DNA of 64,000 nucleotides, taken from an uncultured delta proteobacterium (GTDB taxonomy: Bacteria > Myxococcota_A > Polyangia > Fen-1088). The notes under the pieces are model-generated. The model made no database searches. It had not been told where the DNA came from and saw only the letters and a list, made by a program, of their open reading frames with translations. The stretch covers positions 1 through 64,000 of the forward strand of contig CAVWIP010000005.1 in the NCBI GenBank assembly GCA_963755125.1, in the 5' to 3' direction. The translations under genes were made by a program, and so were the position numbers. Positions 35,750 through 46,004 of the stretch are shown here, piece by piece (position 1 is the stretch's first letter; each line of letters starts with the position of its first letter).

Positions 35750-37219
35750 TTAGAACCTCCCCGCAGCGGCGAGCCCAGCGCCGTCCGGCAATCCGAAGGG
35801 TACAAGGCTGAGTCGCTTCGGCTCGGGCCCAGCCAAGTTGACGTTCTTAACCGTGGCGGTGCTGGGCGGTCCCGATTCGAGGAAATTCCACAGCGACAGA
35901 AGCCCGGTGACCACCCCCACCCCCAACGCCACATCGGCGCCGACGTAGTACCACTCGCCGGTGCGCTTGCGCGAATCCTTGTTGTTGATGAGTTTGGCGG
36001 GGTTCGCGATGTCATTGTTGATCTGGTCCTTGATGTCCAGGCCCTTCACGCCAAGGTAGATGCCGGTGCCGAACGAAAGGGCCGAGAGCACGGCGTAGGT
36101 CCAAGCCTTTGTCCTGGGCGGCTTGGGCGAGAACTGCATATCCAGGGTCGTTTCATCCGCACGGTTGGCCACCAGATTGCCGGCGTACGGCTCCGTCCCT
36201 TCCTTCTGAACCGCGAGATGATGTTCGCCGGGCTTGAGCTGATGCTCGCAGGGCATGGTGCAGGCGAGGGCTCCGTCCACCATGAGTCGCGCACCTTGGC
36301 TCTGCGGACCGCCGGCCCTGAGCACGGCGTAGTCCACCTTGTCCAAGTTAATCGTGTGCGTGGTCGCGGTTCCTGGGGCGACGGTTATTTCCTGCTGGCT
36401 CGTCTGGTAGCCAGGCCTCGCCACCCACAGGACGTGCTTGCCCGGCTTCAGGTGTCCCGTGTACGGCGTCTTGCCGATGGCGCCGATGTCCTGACGATCA
36501 ATGAACACGTCAGCGCCCGGCACGTTGGCGATAACCTCGATCCACCCCAGGAAGTTCTGTTCCGATAACGCGATGTAGATCTCCACCACTTTGTCGGTGC
36601 GTGGTGTAATTTCTCGTTCTTCCGACTTGAAACCCTGGGCTTCGAAGATCAGCTTCACCGGCTTCGGCTCCAGCGAGCCCTGCCACGGGGTGGTGGCGAA
36701 CGTCCCCTTGGACTTGTCATCGAGGAAGATGCTGGCGCCGGTCGGCTTGGACTCGATGATCACCAAACCCTTGGTGGCGATGGTGGGCAGCACCGCCGCG
36801 GGCGCGGGTGCTTTGTCGGTCTTCTTCGCCGCCGGGGGTGGCGGCGCTAGCAGCGCCTTCAGGCTGTCGATGCGTGTCTTGACATCGGCGGCATCGCGGG
36901 CTTGCGGATCCTTGTCGAGGTAGCGCTGGAACAAGTCAACCGCGCGGTCCAGCTTCTTCGCCTTCTCGAACGCCACCGCAGCGTTGAAGAGGAACGAACT
37001 GAACGGCTTCTTGTCGTAGGCCGACATGAACTTCTCCGCAGCGTCGTCCCACTGCTCCTTCAGGTAAAGCGTCTGGGCTTCCTCGAATTGGGCCTTGGCT
37101 GCCTGCAGATCGGCGTCGCCTGCAGCCTGTTCCTGTGCCCGCGCCACGGGTTCCGGAGCACCCGCCACAGCACCCAGGCAGAAGGCCATGGATAGGGCTA
37201 GTTTCAGCAAGCGTTTCAT
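35750..37219 (-). CDS. TPR + PEGA domain protein with C-terminal hydrophobic hairpin
   Basis: Signal peptide; TPR (FEEAQ.LY..WDDAA..FNAAVAFE); PEGA units IESKPTGASIFLD, NVPGADVFID..IGKTP and GARLMVDG. Confidence 0.85.
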   Translation of the reverse strand: MKRLLKLALSMAFCLGAVAGAPEPVARAQEQAAGDADLQAAKAQFEEAQTLYLKEQWDDAAEKFMSAYDKKPFSSFLFNAAVAFEKAKKLDRAVDLFQRYLDKDPQARDAADVKTRIDSLKALLAPPPPAAKKTDKAPAPAAVLPTIATKGLVIIESKPTGASIFLDDKSKGTFATTPWQGSLEPKPVKLIFEAQGFKSEEREITPRTDKVVEIYIALSEQNFLGWIEVIANVPGADVFIDRQDIGAIGKTPYTGHLKPGKHVLWVARPGYQTSQQEITVAPGTATTHTINLDKVDYAVLRAGGPQSQGARLMVDGALACTMPCEHQLKPGEHHLAVQKEGTEPYAGNLVANRADETTLDMQFSPKPPRTKAWTYAVLSALSFGTGIYLGVKGLDIKDQINNDIANPAKLINNKDSRKRTGEWYYVGADVALGVGVVTGLLSLWNFLESGPPSTATVKNVNLAGPEPKRLSLVPFGLPDGAGLAAAGRF

Positions 37220-37370
37220 GATCATCCATGATTGCGCCATTCGCCATGGACGATCAAGATCGAAGGGAAATATCGCGCTCGTCCGATTGGGGCCGGGGCT
37301 TGTTAACCCGCAAGTCTCCTCTCCATTATGCGTGCGCTCCGCGCGGGCTGTGGTCAAATAGCCGTCGCAC

Positions 37371-38438
37371 ATGCCCCGCTCTGCCCCCACTGACATCGCG
37401 CGACGAAAGGCCGACCACCTGCACATCGCAGCTTCAGGCGCGGGTCGCTTCGCGCGCTCGACTCTGCTGGAATGCGTGCATCTCGTGCACGCCGCGCTGC
37501 CCGAGTTGGCTCTCGACGAGATCGATCTCTCGACCACCTTGCTCGGCCGCCGGCTGGCTGCCCCGCTCATGATCGCGGGTATGACCGGCGGTACCAAGGA
37601 AGGCGCGACCATCAACCGGATGCTGGCCGCCACCGCCGAGAAACTCGGTATCGCGTTCGGGCTGGGCAGCCTGCGCCCCATGCTGGACCGGCCGGCGCTC
37701 GCCTCCACCTTTGAGGTGCGCGAGGTCGCGCCCTCGGTCTTTCTCTTCGCCAATCTGGGTCTGGCGCAACTCCGCCAGATCAAAACCGGCGAGGTGGTCG
37801 ACGCCATGGATCGCGTGGGAGCAGACGCGCTTTGCATTCATCTCAATGCCGGACAGGAACTGGCCCAGCCAGGCGGCGATTGCGACTTCCGCGGTGGCCT
37901 CGCCACGATTCGCCGGTTGTGCGCCCAACTGGGGCGGCCCTTGCTGGTCAAGGAAACCGGCTGCGGCATCTCGCCGTCGGCGGCACGCGCCCTGCAAGAC
38001 GTTGGAGCAGCCGCCATTGACGTGTCCGGCGCAGGCGGCACCTCGTGGATCGCCATCGAGTCCTTGCGCGCGCGCGGCGAGCAAGCGGCGCGCGGCCGCG
38101 AGCTGCGTGAATGGGGCATTCCCACCGCGGCTTGCGTGGGCTGGCTGGCTTCATCGGGTCTGCGGGCAGAAATCGTCGCTTCGGGTGGCGTGCGCACCGG
38201 CCTCGACGCCGCACGGGCGCTGGCCCTCGGTGCGCGGGTGGTGGCACTGGCCCAGCCGGCACTGATCGCAGCTTGCAAGGGCGGTGAGCAAGGCGCAACC
38301 GCCTATCTGTCGGGAGTCATCGACGGCCTGCGCCGGGTCTGTCTGCTTTCGGGCCAGCGCAGCATCGCTGACCTTGCCCGCGCTCCTCGCGTGATCACCG
38401 GCGAGCTCGCGTCGTGGCTCGCGCAAAGGCCGGCATGA
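37371..38438 (+). CDS. fni: Type 2 isopentenyl-diphosphate delta-isomerase
   Basis: [37 protein letters not shown] and SGGVRTG. Confidence 0.95.
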   Translation: MPRSAPTDIARRKADHLHIAASGAGRFARSTLLECVHLVHAALPELALDEIDLSTTLLGRRLAAPLMIAGMTGGTKEGATINRMLAATAEKLGIAFGLGSLRPMLDRPALASTFEVREVAPSVFLFANLGLAQLRQIKTGEVVDAMDRVGADALCIHLNAGQELAQPGGDCDFRGGLATIRRLCAQLGRPLLVKETGCGISPSAARALQDVGAAAIDVSGAGGTSWIAIESLRARGEQAARGRELREWGIPTAACVGWLASSGLRAEIVASGGVRTGLDAARALALGARVVALAQPALIAACKGGEQGATAYLSGVIDGLRRVCLLSGQRSIADLARAPRVITGELASWLAQRPA

Positions 38439-39337
38439 CGGAGGACTCGACCACCGGCTTCGGTTACGGCAAGGTCATCCTGCTGGGCGAGCACGCGGTC
38501 GTGTACGGCCAGCCGGCGGTGGCAGCGGGTATGCCGGTTGGCGTGCGCGCCCACGCCAGCGCGGGAACAGGCGAGGTGCGCGCCCCAGCCTGGCAACTCG
38601 AGGTGCAAGTGGGCGACGACTCGCCCGTGAGCGCCGCGATCGATCGACTGTGCCAACGACTGGGCGTGGCCGGCCGCAGCCTCGATTTCTGGCTGGAAGC
38701 CGAGGTGCCGGCGCGGGCCGGTCTGGGGAGCTCGGCAGCCATGGCGGTGGCGATCGCGCGCGCGGTGGCTGCCCGCACCGGCGCGAGCGATGATGACGTA
38801 CTGGCCGCCGCGGCCGCAGCCGAAACCGTCTTCCACGAGACGCCCTCGGGAATCGACGCCGCCGTCGCCAGCCGCGGTGGCGTCGGTCGTTTCGACCGGG
38901 CCGCAGGCTGGCAGGCCATTCCGGTCAACCGGCCCATCGAGCTGTGCGTGGGCTTGTCAGGGCAGGCGCGGCAGACCAGCGATCTTGTCCGATCGGTGGC
39001 GGAGCTAAGCGAGCGCGCGCCCGTCGCGCGCCGTCTCATCGACGCCCTCGGCGATCTCGCACGCGCTGGCATGGAGGCCCTGGCCAACGGCGACACCGAA
39101 GCGCTCGGGCATGATCTCAATATGGCGCATGGACTGCTGTCCGGGCTGGGCGTGTCCACCCCCAAGCTGGACGCCATGGTTCGCGAGGCGCGCACAGCCG
39201 GCGCTCTGGGCGCCAAGCTGACCGGCGCAGGCGGAGGCGGCGCGGTGATCGCCCTGGCGCCCGATCGCGCCGAAGACGTGCTGAAACGCTGGCGCAGCAT
39301 GGGCCGCTATGGCTTCCTTACCCTGGTAGGCACATGA
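38435..39337 (+). CDS. mvk: Mevalonate kinase
   Basis: [30 protein letters not shown] and [11 protein letters not shown]. Confidence 0.93.
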   Translation: MTEDSTTGFGYGKVILLGEHAVVYGQPAVAAGMPVGVRAHASAGTGEVRAPAWQLEVQVGDDSPVSAAIDRLCQRLGVAGRSLDFWLEAEVPARAGLGSSAAMAVAIARAVAARTGASDDDVLAAAAAAETVFHETPSGIDAAVASRGGVGRFDRAAGWQAIPVNRPIELCVGLSGQARQTSDLVRSVAELSERAPVARRLIDALGDLARAGMEALANGDTEALGHDLNMAHGLLSGLGVSTPKLDAMVREARTAGALGAKLTGAGGGGAVIALAPDRAEDVLKRWRSMGRYGFLTLVGT

Positions 39338-40341
39338 GTAGTTCCAATCTTCCTCTTTCGGTCACGGCACGGGCCGGAACCAACATCGCGCTGGTCAAGT
39401 ACTGGGGCAAACGCGATCCGACCTTGAACCTGCCTGCTGCGGGCAGCCTGTCGCTGACCCTGGCAAATTTCGGTAGCGAGACCGCGGTTCGTTTCGTTGC
39501 CGAGGGCGGCGACAATATCACTGTGGACGGTGCGCCCGCACCTCCGCACTTCGCCGAGCGCGTGCGCCGCTTCCTCGATCTGGTTCGCCGGGAAGCGCGG
39601 ATCGCCCTGCCCGCCGAGGTTTCCACCCGCAACAGCGTGCCCACGGCCGCAGGGCTGGCCTCCTCGGCTTCCGGCTTCGCGGCTCTGGCGCTGGCCGTTT
39701 CGCGAGCCGCGGGCATGAATTTGGCCCTGCCCGAACTGTCTGCCCTCGCTCGCCGCGGATCGGGTTCAGCCGCGCGTTCGATCTTTGGCGGGTTCGTCGA
39801 GATGGCCGCGGGCGAGCGCCGTGACGGCAGCGATGCCTGCGCCACGGGCCTGCTGCCCGCCGCCGCCTGGGACGTGCGGCTGGTGGTGGCCATCACCGCC
39901 GAGGGGCCCAAGGCCATTGGATCGACCGAGGCCATGGACTTGACCGCGAGGACTTCGCCCTACTACGCCGGATGGCTGCAAGCGGTGCCGCGCGATCTGG
40001 CAGCAGCCCGCGCCGCCGTGCTGGCGCAGGATCTGACGGGACTGGGCCGCGTGGCCGAGCGCAGCGCCGTGCGGATGCACGCCTGTGCCATGGCGGCAGA
40101 CCCACCTATTCTGTACTGGAACGGCGCTACGCTGGCCGCGATGGAGACCGTGCGGCGCCTGCGCGCTGCTGGAACCGAGGCGTTCTTCACCATCGACGCC
40201 GGGCCGCACGTCAAGGTTCTGTGCGCAGCTCGCGACGCCTCGCTGGTGGAGCCCGCGCTGGCAGCGACGCCCGGGGTTCTGCGCACCCTGGTGCTGACGC
40301 CTGGACCGGGCGCCCAGATCGTGCGCGAGGAGCGACGATGA
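39334..40341 (+). CDS. mvaD: Diphosphomevalonate decarboxylase
   Basis: NIALVKYWGK, PTAAGLASSASG, RRGSGSAARS and FTIDAGPHVK. Confidence 0.96.
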   Translation: MSSSNLPLSVTARAGTNIALVKYWGKRDPTLNLPAAGSLSLTLANFGSETAVRFVAEGGDNITVDGAPAPPHFAERVRRFLDLVRREARIALPAEVSTRNSVPTAAGLASSASGFAALALAVSRAAGMNLALPELSALARRGSGSAARSIFGGFVEMAAGERRDGSDACATGLLPAAAWDVRLVVAITAEGPKAIGSTEAMDLTARTSPYYAGWLQAVPRDLAAARAAVLAQDLTGLGRVAERSAVRMHACAMAADPPILYWNGATLAAMETVRRLRAAGTEAFFTIDAGPHVKVLCAARDASLVEPALAATPGVLRTLVLTPGPGAQIVREERR

Positions 40342-41354
40342 GCGGCTCACGCACCACCCTGGTGGGCACGCCAGTGGTCGCGGCCCCCGGCAAGATCTTC
40401 CTGGTGGGCGAGTACGCCGTCCTCGACGGCGGCGTGGCCGTGCTGGCCGCGGTGTCACGCCACGCGGTCGCGCAGTACGTGCCCGGGGGCGTCCCACAGT
40501 CAGCCGTGGTCGAAGAAGCGGTGAAGCGTTCATTGACCGCGATCGGCGAAGCCTCGGCCGCGTTGCCACCGGGTTCCGTCATGGTGGACACGGACGCCTT
40601 CTGCCAGGGCAAGTTCAAGCTGGGGCTTGGCTCTAGTGCTGCCACCGCGGCGGCCACCGTGGGTGCCATGTTCGAGACCGCTGGCCTGTCCATCGAAGGC
40701 ATGCAACACGAGGTGTTCTCGATCGCCGAAGCGGCCCACCAAGCGGCCCAGGGCGGCGTGGGCTCGGGTGCCGACGTGGCCGCCGCCGTCTATGGCGGCT
40801 TCATCAAGTTCGTGCGACCCGCCGAGGGGCCGCCGGTCGTGGAACCGATCGCCGTGCCGGCCAGCTTGCACTTGGTCGTGTTCTGGACAGGAGAGTCCGC
40901 TGACACACGCGAGATGGTGCAATCGGTGCGGGCTTACGCCAAGATGGCACCGTCGTCCTACCGCATGCTGATGGGCTCGCTCCGCACCACCGCCGAGCGT
41001 TTCGTGAACGAGTTGGCCGCAGGTCGCGCCACCGGCGCCGTGGTGGCCGCGGGCCGCTATGGCCGGCAACTGGCCGAGCTGGGCAAGGCCGCGGGCTCGA
41101 AGATCGTCACACCGATCTTCGAGCAGGCGGCTGCCCTGGCCCGTGAATTGGGCGGCGATGCCAAACCGTCAGGAGCTGGCGGTGGCGACGTCGGCGTGGC
41201 TTTCTTCGCCACACCCGAGGCTGCCGCGCTGTTCGCGCGCGCGTGCCAGCCCACGCTTTCGGTGCTAGACGTTTCTCTCGCCCGCGCCGGAGTCTATCGC
41301 CGCTCAGCGGAAGAACCGCCGGTCGAGGCACGAGATCCCTTTCATGTCGGATAG
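40338..41354 (+). CDS. Phosphomevalonate kinase (GHMP family)
   Basis: APGKIFLVGEYAVL, KLGLGSSAA, GSGADVAA and KPSGAGGGD; operon context. Confidence 0.88.
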   Translation: MSGSRTTLVGTPVVAAPGKIFLVGEYAVLDGGVAVLAAVSRHAVAQYVPGGVPQSAVVEEAVKRSLTAIGEASAALPPGSVMVDTDAFCQGKFKLGLGSSAATAAATVGAMFETAGLSIEGMQHEVFSIAEAAHQAAQGGVGSGADVAAAVYGGFIKFVRPAEGPPVVEPIAVPASLHLVVFWTGESADTREMVQSVRAYAKMAPSSYRMLMGSLRTTAERFVNELAAGRATGAVVAAGRYGRQLAELGKAAGSKIVTPIFEQAAALARELGGDAKPSGAGGGDVGVAFFATPEAAALFARACQPTLSVLDVSLARAGVYRRSAEEPPVEARDPFHVG

Positions 41355-42549
41355 CAACTCACGCATTCCCGAGTTCCGGCGCCTGTCGCTGGCCGATCGG
41401 CGCCGCGAGTTGGCGGTGCATGCGGGCCTGAACAGCGACGACCTGGCGGTGCTGGACACCGGCGGCCTCGCTGCGGCAGACGCGGGCCGCATGATCGAGA
41501 ATGTCGCGGGTATCTATGCCCTGCCCTTGGGCGTGGCGCTCAATTTCCAGGTCAACCAGCGCGACTATCTGGTTCCCATGGCGGTGGAGGAGCCGTCGGT
41601 CGTCGCGGCTGCCTCCTACGCAGCCCGCATGGTGCGCGCGGGTGGCGGTTTCTCTGCCACAGCCGACCCGCCGATCATGATCGCCCAGATCGAACTACGC
41701 GATGTCGGCGATCCGCCCGCGGCACGCGCTCGTATCGAGGCCGCCCGTGCCGAGATCCTCGCTCTGGCCAACAGCTCCCAAACCGTTTTGGTCTCTGTCG
41801 GTGGTGGCGCCTGCGATCTGCAAGTGCGACACGTCACCGGCTCGACGCAGAGCCGACTGGTGGTTCACCTGCACGTGAACTGTCGCGACGCCATGGGCGC
41901 CAACTCGGTCAATACCATGGCCGAAACCGTGGCTCCTCGTCTGGCCGAACTTGCTCGCGGCCGGGTCGGTCTGCGCATTCTCTCCAATCTGGCAGACCGG
42001 CGCCTGGTGCGCGTGAGCGCCCGTGTGCCATTTGCGGCGCTGGCTTCCGACAAGGGAAGCGCCAGCGGCGAGCAAGTGGCTGACGGCATCGCCGCAGCCT
42101 CGCGTTTCGCCGAGGATGACCCCTATCGCGCGGCCACTCACAACAAGGGCATCATGAACGGCGTGGATGCGGTTGTCATGGCGACCGGCAATGACTGGCG
42201 CAGCGTGGAGGCGGGCGCGCACTCCTATGCCGCGCGCGACGGCCGCTATCGGCCGCTCAGCACCTGGAAGGTCGAGGGCGATGCTCTGGTGGGACGGCTG
42301 GAGATGCCCATGGCAGTGGGCACGGTCGGCGGAACCTTGCAAGTGCACCCAGGAGCGCGTCTCGCTCTGCGCATCTTGCGCGTCTCTTCTTCCGAGGAAC
42401 TGGGCATGGTGATCGGCGCCGCCGGCCTGGGACAGAACATGGCCGCCCTGCGCGCGCTGGCCACCGAAGGCATTCAGCGCGGTCACATGAGCCTGCACAG
42501 GCGAGCGGTGGGCGCCCCGCCGCCCGAACCGAAGGGAGCGCGGTCGTGA
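41344..42549 (+). CDS. mvaA: Hydroxymethylglutaryl-CoA reductase, class II
   Basis: MIENV, EEPSVVAA, DAMGAN, THNKGIMNG and GIQRGHMSLH. Confidence 0.95.
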   Translation: MSDSNSRIPEFRRLSLADRRRELAVHAGLNSDDLAVLDTGGLAAADAGRMIENVAGIYALPLGVALNFQVNQRDYLVPMAVEEPSVVAAASYAARMVRAGGGFSATADPPIMIAQIELRDVGDPPAARARIEAARAEILALANSSQTVLVSVGGGACDLQVRHVTGSTQSRLVVHLHVNCRDAMGANSVNTMAETVAPRLAELARGRVGLRILSNLADRRLVRVSARVPFAALASDKGSASGEQVADGIAAASRFAEDDPYRAATHNKGIMNGVDAVVMATGNDWRSVEAGAHSYAARDGRYRPLSTWKVEGDALVGRLEMPMAVGTVGGTLQVHPGARLALRILRVSSSEELGMVIGAAGLGQNMAALRALATEGIQRGHMSLHRRAVGAPPPEPKGARS

Positions 42550-43550
42550 TCCGGTCGATCTTGCGCAGCGGACGCCGGCGTTTTGCCGGCAGGGCTGGTG
42601 GTGATCCAGACGCTCCCAGCGCGGCCGGTATTCCCCTGCCCTGGTTGGACCCGCCACCCGGACCCTGGCCGGTGGAGCGCGCCTACCGCTACTGCGAGGA
42701 TTTCGCGCGCGCCCACCACGAAAATTTCCCGGTGGCTTCCCGCTTCGTGCCGTCGGCACTGCGGCCCCACTTGGTCGCGCTCTACGCCTTCGCCCGCGCG
42801 GCCGACGACTTTGCCGACGAGCCCCAATACGACGGCCACCGCAGCCAAGCCCTGGATGCGTGGCAAGAGGAACTGCACCGGTGTTTCCACGGCGAGCCTC
42901 GCCATCCGGTGTTCGTGGCCCTGCACGACACCATCGACAAGCGCGGCCTGACCCTGCCACCCTTCGAGGATCTGCTGTCGGCTTTTCGAGCCGATCTCGA
43001 GGTCACGCGCTATGCGACCTTCACCTCCCTGCGTGCCTACACCGCCCGTTCGGCCGAGCCGGTAGGGCGGCTACTGTTGGGGCTGTTCGGCTACCGCGAT
43101 CCCGAACTGGTCCGTTTCGCCGACGAGATCTCGACCGCGGTCCAGTTGACCAACTACTGGCAGGACGTGGCCTCCGACGCCGCCCGCGATCACATCTACA
43201 TTCCTGGCGAGGATCTGCACTTCTTCGGCGTGAGCGAGGCTGACCTCAAGTCTCTGCGGCTCGCCACGCCCGTCCGCGATCTAATGCGTTTCGAGGTGGC
43301 GCGCACCCGCGCCTTGTTTGAACGCGGCCGCCCGCTGCTCGGCAAGCTGGGGCATGACCTCAAATTCGAGCTGGCCCTCATCTGGCTGGCGGGCATGGCT
43401 ATCCTCGACAAAATCGAGGAGGCCGACTTCGACGTGTTCACCCGTCGCCCGATCATCGGCAAGCGCGACAAGGCCAAGATCCTGGCCCGCGCCGCCAAGC
43501 GCTGGGCCGCCCGCCTCGACGTGTCGGCTCTGCGGCGGTTGTGGCCTTGA
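42546..43550 (+). CDS. hpnC: Squalene/phytoene synthase family protein, HpnC type
   Basis: HENFPVAS, YAFARAADDFADE, RSAEPVGRL and QLTNYWQDV. Confidence 0.85.
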   Translation: MIRSILRSGRRRFAGRAGGDPDAPSAAGIPLPWLDPPPGPWPVERAYRYCEDFARAHHENFPVASRFVPSALRPHLVALYAFARAADDFADEPQYDGHRSQALDAWQEELHRCFHGEPRHPVFVALHDTIDKRGLTLPPFEDLLSAFRADLEVTRYATFTSLRAYTARSAEPVGRLLLGLFGYRDPELVRFADEISTAVQLTNYWQDVASDAARDHIYIPGEDLHFFGVSEADLKSLRLATPVRDLMRFEVARTRALFERGRPLLGKLGHDLKFELALIWLAGMAILDKIEEADFDVFTRRPIIGKRDKAKILARAAKRWAARLDVSALRRLWP

Positions 43551-44770
43551 CCGCTCAGCCCCACGATCCCTATCGAGCGCTTCGCCACCGCGAGTACCGC
43601 TGGTTTCTCCTCGGCTCCGCGCCGCTGTTCATGGCCGCGCAGATCCAGAGCCTGGTCATGGGCTGGCAGGTCTATGCGATGACCCATGATCCATTGTCAC
43701 TGGGACTCATTGGTCTGGCAGAAGCCTTGCCCTTCTTGGGCCTGTCGCTCTTCGGTGGGTGGGCCGCGGATCGCTGGGAGCGCCGCAATCTGTCGTTGCT
43801 TTCCATGTCCGTCCTGCTGGTCGGCGCGACCATCTTGCTGGCGCTCAACCTTGGTCCGTTGCCGCGCACCACCTGGCCATTCTATCTGGTGCAGGGGCTG
43901 GCCGGCCTTGGACGTGCCTTCTACCGGCCAGCCTACAATGCCCTAGGCACCGAACTCATCCCGCGCGAGGCCTATCAGAACGCGGCCACCTGGCGCAGCT
44001 CGGTCTTCTTCTCGGCCACGGTGATCGGGCCTGCGTTGGGCGGCCTGCTCTACGGTTTCGCAGGCCCGCTCTGCGCCTACGGCACCGAATCTGCATTCAT
44101 CGGGTTCAGCCTCTTCGCGCTGGGCCGCGTACGGCGACGGCCCCGTCCGCTGGCTCCCGAGACGCCACTGGCCCGCAGCTTGGTCGAAGGCGTCAGGTTC
44201 GTGTTCTCGCATCGCCTGATCCTTTCGACCCTGTCACTCGATCTATTCGCCGTGCTCTTTGGCGGTGCTGTCGCACTCTTGCCCGCATTTGCCAGCGACG
44301 TCCTGCACCTGGGACCACGCGGGCTCGGTCTGCTACGCGCCGCGCCCGCGGTGGGAGGGGTCCTGATGTCTATCGTGCTGGCCCACTGGCCCCAGTCGCG
44401 AAGCACCGGCAAGACGCTGCTGTATTGCGTGGCCGCGTTCGGCCTGACCTGGATCGGTTTTGCCTGGTCAACCAGCTTCCTGCTGTCCTGGCTGTTGCTA
44501 GCCACTGGGGGCGCTTTCGACAACGTCAGCGTGGTCCTGCGCGCCACGCTGGTACAGATGAAGACGCCACCGGAGATGATGGGGCGGGTGCAGGCCATCA
44601 ACGGTTTCTTCATCGGCAGCAGCAACGAACTGGGCGCCTTCGAGTCGGGGGTGGCAGCACGCCTGTTCGGCCTTGTACCGAGTGTGATCTTCGGCGCCTG
44701 CATCACCCTGCTGGTGGTCGCGGTCACCGCCTGGCGGGTTCCCGAGTTGCGCAAGCTCAGTCGGCTGTGA
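43541..44770 (+). CDS. MFS transporter (EntS/MFS_3-like)
   Basis: About 12 hydrophobic segments; GGWAADRWERR, LDLFAVLFGGAVALLP and FIGSSNELGAFESG. Confidence 0.9.
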   Translation: MALTAQPHDPYRALRHREYRWFLLGSAPLFMAAQIQSLVMGWQVYAMTHDPLSLGLIGLAEALPFLGLSLFGGWAADRWERRNLSLLSMSVLLVGATILLALNLGPLPRTTWPFYLVQGLAGLGRAFYRPAYNALGTELIPREAYQNAATWRSSVFFSATVIGPALGGLLYGFAGPLCAYGTESAFIGFSLFALGRVRRRPRPLAPETPLARSLVEGVRFVFSHRLILSTLSLDLFAVLFGGAVALLPAFASDVLHLGPRGLGLLRAAPAVGGVLMSIVLAHWPQSRSTGKTLLYCVAAFGLTWIGFAWSTSFLLSWLLLATGGAFDNVSVVLRATLVQMKTPPEMMGRVQAINGFFIGSSNELGAFESGVAARLFGLVPSVIFGACITLLVVAVTAWRVPELRKLSRL

Positions 44771-45951
44771 CCCGCCCGAACAGAGCCGCCACAGCGGGCG
44801 GACGCGCCGGATTCCTGCGCGAAATCTGCGCGCGGGTTACACTGCCCGCTGTGCTGGCAGCAACGGCCCGGGACGTCTCCACTTTTCGAACCTCGCGGTC
44901 GACGCCTGGCCTTGTGCTTTGGTCCAGCCTGCTTTGCTTGCTCGCAGCGTCGGCGTGTCGACCGAAGCTCCAGCAGCCAGCCCCAGCTTCCCTTCCGGCC
45001 AGCGCGTGCGAGGAACAGAGCCGCTCGGCCACCCTGGCCTGGCTGACCGCCAGTGCGCCGCTTGCCCACATCGCAATGGCACGAGCCCATTCCTGGCTCG
45101 ACAAACTCACGCTCGACCTGCAGGACTTGGATCGGAACGGCATTCCCGGCAAGCGCAAGTTGGCCGAGTTGCTCTCTGCGTATGTCGACCTCTACGAGAC
45201 GGGCAGTGGCGCAGACCGCTCCGCAGTCCGGACTCGCCTGGACACGCTCGCCGCCATCACCAACGAGCCCTGGTACCACAACATGGACAAGGTCGACGAC
45301 GCGACCTTCAAGCGTGATTCAACATCCTATCTGCGCATCGCGCTTCTCATGGATCGCGCCGGGCTGGACACCACGGCCTATCGCAAGCAGATCGAGCGCA
45401 TCCACGAGCGTCTCAACCAGCACATGCCCGCCCGCGGGCACCACCAACAGATGGTGTTTCACAACTACTATCATCATTTTGGGCTCAAGGAACCGTACGC
45501 ACTGGTGGAGGCATCGACCGTCGGCGTGATCCCCAACCGGCTGAGCCCCTATCAACTGACGCAAACCCAAGCCTACGACCTGACCCATGAGGTGGCAGCC
45601 AGATACGAACGCGAGGACATCCCGCCGCGCGGGGCGTTTCTGCCCGCGGATTTGGTCTATCTTCGCTGGTCGCTCGATCGTCTGACCGTGCGCTATCTCA
45701 TGGCGGACAACCGAGATCTGGTCAGTGAACTGGCATTCTGCATGGCCTACGTGGGGTTCACGGACCTGGCCGTGTTCCGGGAGGCCATCAGCGCTCTCCT
45801 GCAATCCCAGAACCCTGACGGAAGCTGGGGCAGCTACCAAGAGGCACGCGCCACCTACGGCCCCAGGCTCGATGTGGCGATGTACCTGCACACAACCGCC
45901 ATGGCTGTGAAGGCGCTTGCCGTGACCTTCGCCAACCCGGCATCGCCCTGA
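44767..45951 (+). CDS. Hypothetical lipoprotein, alpha/alpha-toroid (DUF6895-like) with QxxDGSW motif
   Basis: 3' part of ORF 43759..45951; GTGA overlap with the MFS stop; LLAASAC lipobox-like; AYDLTHEV..DLVSEL..LLQSQNPDGSWG..YLHTT. Start uncertain. Confidence 0.65.
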   Translation: MTRPNRAATAGGRAGFLREICARVTLPAVLAATARDVSTFRTSRSTPGLVLWSSLLCLLAASACRPKLQQPAPASLPASACEEQSRSATLAWLTASAPLAHIAMARAHSWLDKLTLDLQDLDRNGIPGKRKLAELLSAYVDLYETGSGADRSAVRTRLDTLAAITNEPWYHNMDKVDDATFKRDSTSYLRIALLMDRAGLDTTAYRKQIERIHERLNQHMPARGHHQQMVFHNYYHHFGLKEPYALVEASTVGVIPNRLSPYQLTQTQAYDLTHEVAARYEREDIPPRGAFLPADLVYLRWSLDRLTVRYLMADNRDLVSELAFCMAYVGFTDLAVFREAISALLQSQNPDGSWGSYQEARATYGPRLDVAMYLHTTAMAVKALAVTFANPASP

Positions 45952-46004
45952 AAATCGCGTGCGCGGCCCTCGCACGGCCTGGCGGTGAAGGTCGGCCTCG
46001 GTGG

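Noticed and set aside
35750..37837. 695-aa version of the PEGA protein
   Set aside because: The extension overlaps fni on the opposite strand; the signal peptide begins at about 37219.
43759..44766. Long N-terminal part of ORF 43759..45951
   Set aside because: An off-frame overlap with the MFS gene with Arg/Pro-rich non-coding character.
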